A stretch of DNA of 64,000 nucleotides from Candidatus Woesearchaeota archaeon (GTDB lineage Archaea; Nanobdellota; Nanobdellia; Woesearchaeales; UBA10216). Under the pieces are notes generated by a model. It ran no database searches, was not told the origin of the DNA, and saw nothing but the letters and a program-made list of their open reading frames with translations. The stretch is from the NCBI GenBank assembly GCA_016192945.1, contig JACPTE010000021.1:3989-67988 (forward strand), written 5' to 3'. The translations under genes were made by a program, and so were the position numbers. Shown here piece after piece: positions 60,681 to 64,000 of the stretch (position 1 is the stretch's first letter; each line of letters begins with the position of its first letter).

Positions 60681-61837
60681 TTTTTTGCCTTGGAGAGTAC
60701 CTTGTCAAAGCTCTTTGACTTTATGGACAGGTAGTTTAATGCATCAGTATACGTGATATAATCTCTGTCGTAATTATTGGCCACTAGAGAAACGAATTTA
60801 TTACCAATTTCAGAAAGGCATTTAACTTCAGAACGTATTCCTCCACCAGTTCCTTCTTCAGGTTCTTTTTTTGGTTTGATTTCTTCCTTCTTGAACCTTG
60901 CCAAAATTGCATCATAATCGGCTTTTTCAATATATCCTAATTTGAGCATGTTTAATAGAAGCATAGCCTTGCTTACTTTAAACCTATTAGAGAGTGTTTT
61001 AAGCATTTCCTTTGAAGTTAAATTGGCTTTATTTGTTTCAAACGTGTTTTTTGCCACTTCTTTTGGCAGCAGGTACGTTGATGCGAATTCGTTACACCAT
61101 TGCTCAACATTGTCATTGTAGGAGTGTGTTGCATCTGGGAGATCTATGACTGATTCTCCAAGCAAGATATGTGCAAATTCGTGCATTAATGAGAAAACTC
61201 TTGCTTCAATATTGTCTTTGGTATTAACAACTACCACTGATGGAGATTCATCCACAAAGGCAAATCCTCTGGCATCTTCCACAGGCATTGAGAATTGGAA
61301 CAAGAAAATATTCATATCTTCAAGAATGTCTCTTAAATAGTTGAATAGTTCATAAGATGTTTTGAATCTTCTTTGTTTATCTTCAGTTAAATTGAATTTT
61401 TCTCTAAATTTAAGGGCAGTTTTTTCGGGATCATCAGAGATACTTGCTCTTTCAAGTTTTGATTTTGTTTCATATTCAATATTCTTTGATAGTTCCTTGC
61501 TTAATTCCTGCAATCGTCTTGCCTTTCTCATGACAAGAATGGTCTTTTTATCGAACTTGTTAGTTTCATTGGGAAGCATCCTGTAGTCTTTCGGCTTAGG
61601 CTTTTCTGTCAGAGGTTTTGACAATAAAAATGATGCAACTGGCCTTTTGAATATGACTGAAAGCTCTTCCAGCTGCCTAAAAGAGGGTTTCTTCTCGCCA
61701 GACTCCATCTTTTCAATATTCTGAGAACTAGTCTTGAGCCTTTTGGCTATTTCTTCCCTCGTCCATCCCGAACTCTCAATAAGCCATTTCAGGACAGACA
61801 GCTCAACATCCACAGCAATTGGTTTTGTTCTTGCCAT
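60677..61837 (-). CDS. Fused XRE-type HTH + ImmA/IrrE (COG2856, DUF955) zinc metallopeptidase
   Basis: N-terminal ...GWTREEIAKRLKTSSQNIEKMESGEKKPSFRQLEELS (HTH). Central SLMHEFAHILLGE (HExxH). Confidence 0.7.
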   Translation of the reverse strand: MARTKPIAVDVELSVLKWLIESSGWTREEIAKRLKTSSQNIEKMESGEKKPSFRQLEELSVIFKRPVASFLLSKPLTEKPKPKDYRMLPNETNKFDKKTILVMRKARRLQELSKELSKNIEYETKSKLERASISDDPEKTALKFREKFNLTEDKQRRFKTSYELFNYLRDILEDMNIFLFQFSMPVEDARGFAFVDESPSVVVVNTKDNIEARVFSLMHEFAHILLGESVIDLPDATHSYNDNVEQWCNEFASTYLLPKEVAKNTFETNKANLTSKEMLKTLSNRFKVSKAMLLLNMLKLGYIEKADYDAILARFKKEEIKPKKEPEEGTGGGIRSEVKCLSEIGNKFVSLVANNYDRDYITYTDALNYLSIKSKSFDKVLSKAKK

Positions 61838-61914
61838 TTTATTTCAATCTCTATTTTTTCTTTATTTCAAGCTTTCCTCAAAAATTTGCTTTTCTTGGTT
61901 CATGGAAGATTTAT

Positions 61915-62232
61915 TCAAGTTTTCGCTAAAATTATTTTCACAATTACGTCTATACCTTTTTCAACTCCTTTTTCAATCAATTTCCTTATCAGTATCTTCA
62001 AAATGCTTTCATCATTATTTGAAATTGCGACTTTAATTTCCTCTAAATCTTCTCTTATTCTTTCGTTTTCTGGTTTTATTATTTCCTCATTTATTGATTT
62101 TATTATCTCTTTTTTGAAGTTATCAACCGCAATCCCAACAATTCTGCCATGTTCAATCTTTAAATCAGAAGTATCTGATATAATTTTTCCAAATTGATCT
62201 GTCATTACTTTTTTATTAAATTCAATAGTCAT
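61915..62232 (-). CDS. Small Ile/Lys/Glu-rich ORFan, translationally coupled to the methyltransferase
   Basis: 105 aa. The ATG overlaps the methyltransferase stop (62229-62232). Predicted helical. No motif recognised. Confidence 0.4.
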   Translation of the reverse strand: MTIEFNKKVMTDQFGKIISDTSDLKIEHGRIVGIAVDNFKKEIIKSINEEIIKPENERIREDLEEIKVAISNNDESILKILIRKLIEKGVEKGIDVIVKIILAKT

Positions 62233-64000
62233 TTCAACGAATCCTCAATAATCTTCTTTTCCTCTTCAGTTATTCCGTATAGTTTATAGACTTCTTTGTC
62301 TATCTCGTTATCTAATTTTTGGATTTCTTTTTCAATACGGACTTTTTCATCGGTTTGTTTATCCTTAATTTCAATTAATCTCCTATTTAATTCTATCAAT
62401 GTTTTTGCATTATTAGATATTGTTTTATTGTAGCAACTAATAATTGGTAATCTCCTCAATTCTTTTCCACTTACATGATTAGTGTTACTAAATACTTTAA
62501 AGTAGAGATTGATTAATTTTGAGTTTAATATTCCTAAATGATAAAAAATATCTGTATTTTCTTTTAATGAATATAAGTAGTTACATGTATGTCCACAATT
62601 TGCCCCTTTCTCAAGAATAGTTGCTTTTATTCTTCTTTTTTGAGCCATGTTTGAGACTTCTTGTAGCACAATTCTATTCTCGTCGGAATCATCTCTTTTA
62701 AGAGAAGTATATACCACAAAACTTTCTTTGCTTTCTTGTTTATCAATTTGGTATCTCTGCAAATCATTTCCTCGAATTAAAGGTCTCGTTTTATCTTCGG
62801 ATTTATTCCGAAGATATTTTTTATAGACTGTTAAATTTACTTCTCCTTGGTTTATTGTAAAGAAGTTCTCAAAACTATCCTTTCCTTTATCCTTTATCTT
62901 TGACACTAATTTAACCAAATCATCTTTTGTTATTATTGAAAGATTATCTAATTCAAAGAATGTTTTTTGTTTAATTCTACCTGTGACAAAAGAATCAAAA
63001 TCTGATTTTTTTGTAACATCATCCATTAATATAACCGTGTTATTCATTACATTCTTAGAGTTTGTATCCTTTTTTAGAATTATAACGGTGGTTGCTTGTG
63101 TTACTCCTTCAAATACTTTTAAAGACTCTGGAAGTACCAAAATTTTAATTATTTTGGTCTCTTTTAAGATTTTTTCTCTCAGAGCATGTGAATTATTGTC
63201 GGATAACCATGTATTAGGTACTATAAATCCTAATACCCCTTCGTTTCTTAATAGGCTCATCCCTTTTTCAATAAAGAGACGATATGAATTCATTTTGCCT
63301 CTATTTGTACTATATTTATTCAAAAGAAAATCTTTTACTTCTTCTAAATCAGCACCATAAGGCGGATTCCCAATAACAACATCAAACCCACCATTAGCCA
63401 TTATATCTTTAAATTGTTCTTCCCATTTGAAAGCCCTATCTCCTGCAATAGCAGAATCATCAATCAATGAATTTCCAACCTTAATATTTTCCTGTAATGT
63501 TGGCAATCTATGTTTTTTCTCTGTAGTTTTTAATAATAAATTTAACTGGGCTATTTCAACAGCTTTAGAGTCTAAATCAACTCCAAAGATATTTTCTTTT
63601 AAGATTTCAACTTTTCTTCCATAGTTTGCAGAAGCTCCAGTTAAGTCAAGCTTTGTCTGATCTACTTCGCCATTTTTCTTTTTGTCAAGAGTAACAAGGT
63701 AATCAAAAGCTTTCATTAAGAAAGAGCCTGAGCCGCAAGCAGGGTCTAAAATCTTGATGGTTTTCAAATCGAATGTTTTGTCTTTGGCTAATTCGCCAAC
63801 TGTATTTTTAACAATGTAATCCACTACATAAGTAGGAGTGTAATATATTCCCTGCTCTTTTCTGTGTGCTTTTCCTTCGGCGAGTTTGGCCCTTTTATCT
63901 GTTTTCTTTAGAATATGCCCTAAATACTGCTCGTATATGTTACCTAAAACATCAGCGTCAATTGCAGAAAAATCATAATGCACAACATTATCACTTGTAT
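62229..64000 (-). CDS. Eco57I/TaqI-family N6-adenine DNA methyltransferase (type IIG or type II R-M component), 5' end outside the window
   Basis: ...DVLGNIYEQYL..., ILDPACGSGSFL (motif I), VIGNPPYG (motif IV), TaqI-like C-terminal region (LGILNSKLINLYFK), C-terminal ...LYGITEEEKKIIE. The frame remains open to base 64000 (..TSDNVVHYDF..). Confidence 0.75.
   Translation of the reverse strand, partial: TSDNVVHYDFSAIDADVLGNIYEQYLGHILKKTDKRAKLAEGKAHRKEQGIYYTPTYVVDYIVKNTVGELAKDKTFDLKTIKILDPACGSGSFLMKAFDYLVTLDKKKNGEVDQTKLDLTGASANYGRKVEILKENIFGVDLDSKAVEIAQLNLLLKTTEKKHRLPTLQENIKVGNSLIDDSAIAGDRAFKWEEQFKDIMANGGFDVVIGNPPYGADLEEVKDFLLNKYSTNRGKMNSYRLFIEKGMSLLRNEGVLGFIVPNTWLSDNNSHALREKILKETKIIKILVLPESLKVFEGVTQATTVIILKKDTNSKNVMNNTVILMDDVTKKSDFDSFVTGRIKQKTFFELDNLSIITKDDLVKLVSKIKDKGKDSFENFFTINQGEVNLTVYKKYLRNKSEDKTRPLIRGNDLQRYQIDKQESKESFVVYTSLKRDDSDENRIVLQEVSNMAQKRRIKATILEKGANCGHTCNYLYSLKENTDIFYHLGILNSKLINLYFKVFSNTNHVSGKELRRLPIISCYNKTISNNAKTLIELNRRLIEIKDKQTDEKVRIEKEIQKLDNEIDKEVYKLYGITEEEKKIIEDSLK

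Noticed and set aside
1-64000. CRISPR arrays, rRNA genes, transposases or integrases
   Set aside because: I saw no regularly spaced repeat-spacer array. The direct repeats found have only two copies. I saw no rRNA-like conserved stretches and no ORF with DDE transposase or tyrosine/serine recombinase motifs.

Overview
This 64-kb segment reads as archaeal. Evidence: an STT3/AglB oligosaccharyltransferase with a WWDFG motif, an archaeal-type ProRS ending ...FAEAY, UbiA prenyltransferase + GGPP synthase + geranylgeranyl-reductase-like genes, A/T-rich TATA-like boxes centred 24-28 nt upstream of many ATGs, and an intron-bearing tRNA candidate. The tight gene packing suggests a reduced-genome (DPANN-like) lineage, but I cannot verify taxonomy. 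Layout: (i) 1-13978 is a minus-strand array of very large, repetitive, sequon- or Pro/Thr-rich cell-surface proteins. One is absent from the ORF track because it runs off the left edge, and one is split by a 43-nt deletion inside a repeat. The array is interrupted by a DUF192 gene, a multi-intron tRNA-Trp candidate and an amino-acid permease. (ii) 14046-60017 is an extended protein-glycosylation/polysaccharide locus: AglB fused to an FKBP domain, 3 further GT-C-like membrane enzymes, 6 GT2, 3 GT4, 4 SAM methyltransferases, 3 DegT-type aminotransferases, a Wzx-like flippase, 2 UPF0104 proteins and 2 alkaline-phosphatase-superfamily enzymes. Embedded in it are an RHH-phosphodiesterase-nucleotidyltransferase-ProRS-PHP operon, a small toxin-antitoxin-like pair, an M23 peptidase, an ether-lipid operon and LemA/DUF2207. 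(iii) 60018-64000 is a markedly A/T-rich defence-type island: an Eco57I/TaqI-type N6-adenine methyltransferase (5' end outside the window), a small ORFan, an HTH-ImmA/IrrE peptidase and a DUF4411 PIN-like protein. All functional calls come from motif recognition by eye; no database search or folding program was available. Several track ORFs start at GTG/TTG or too far upstream, and I re-assigned starts where sequence context supports it.
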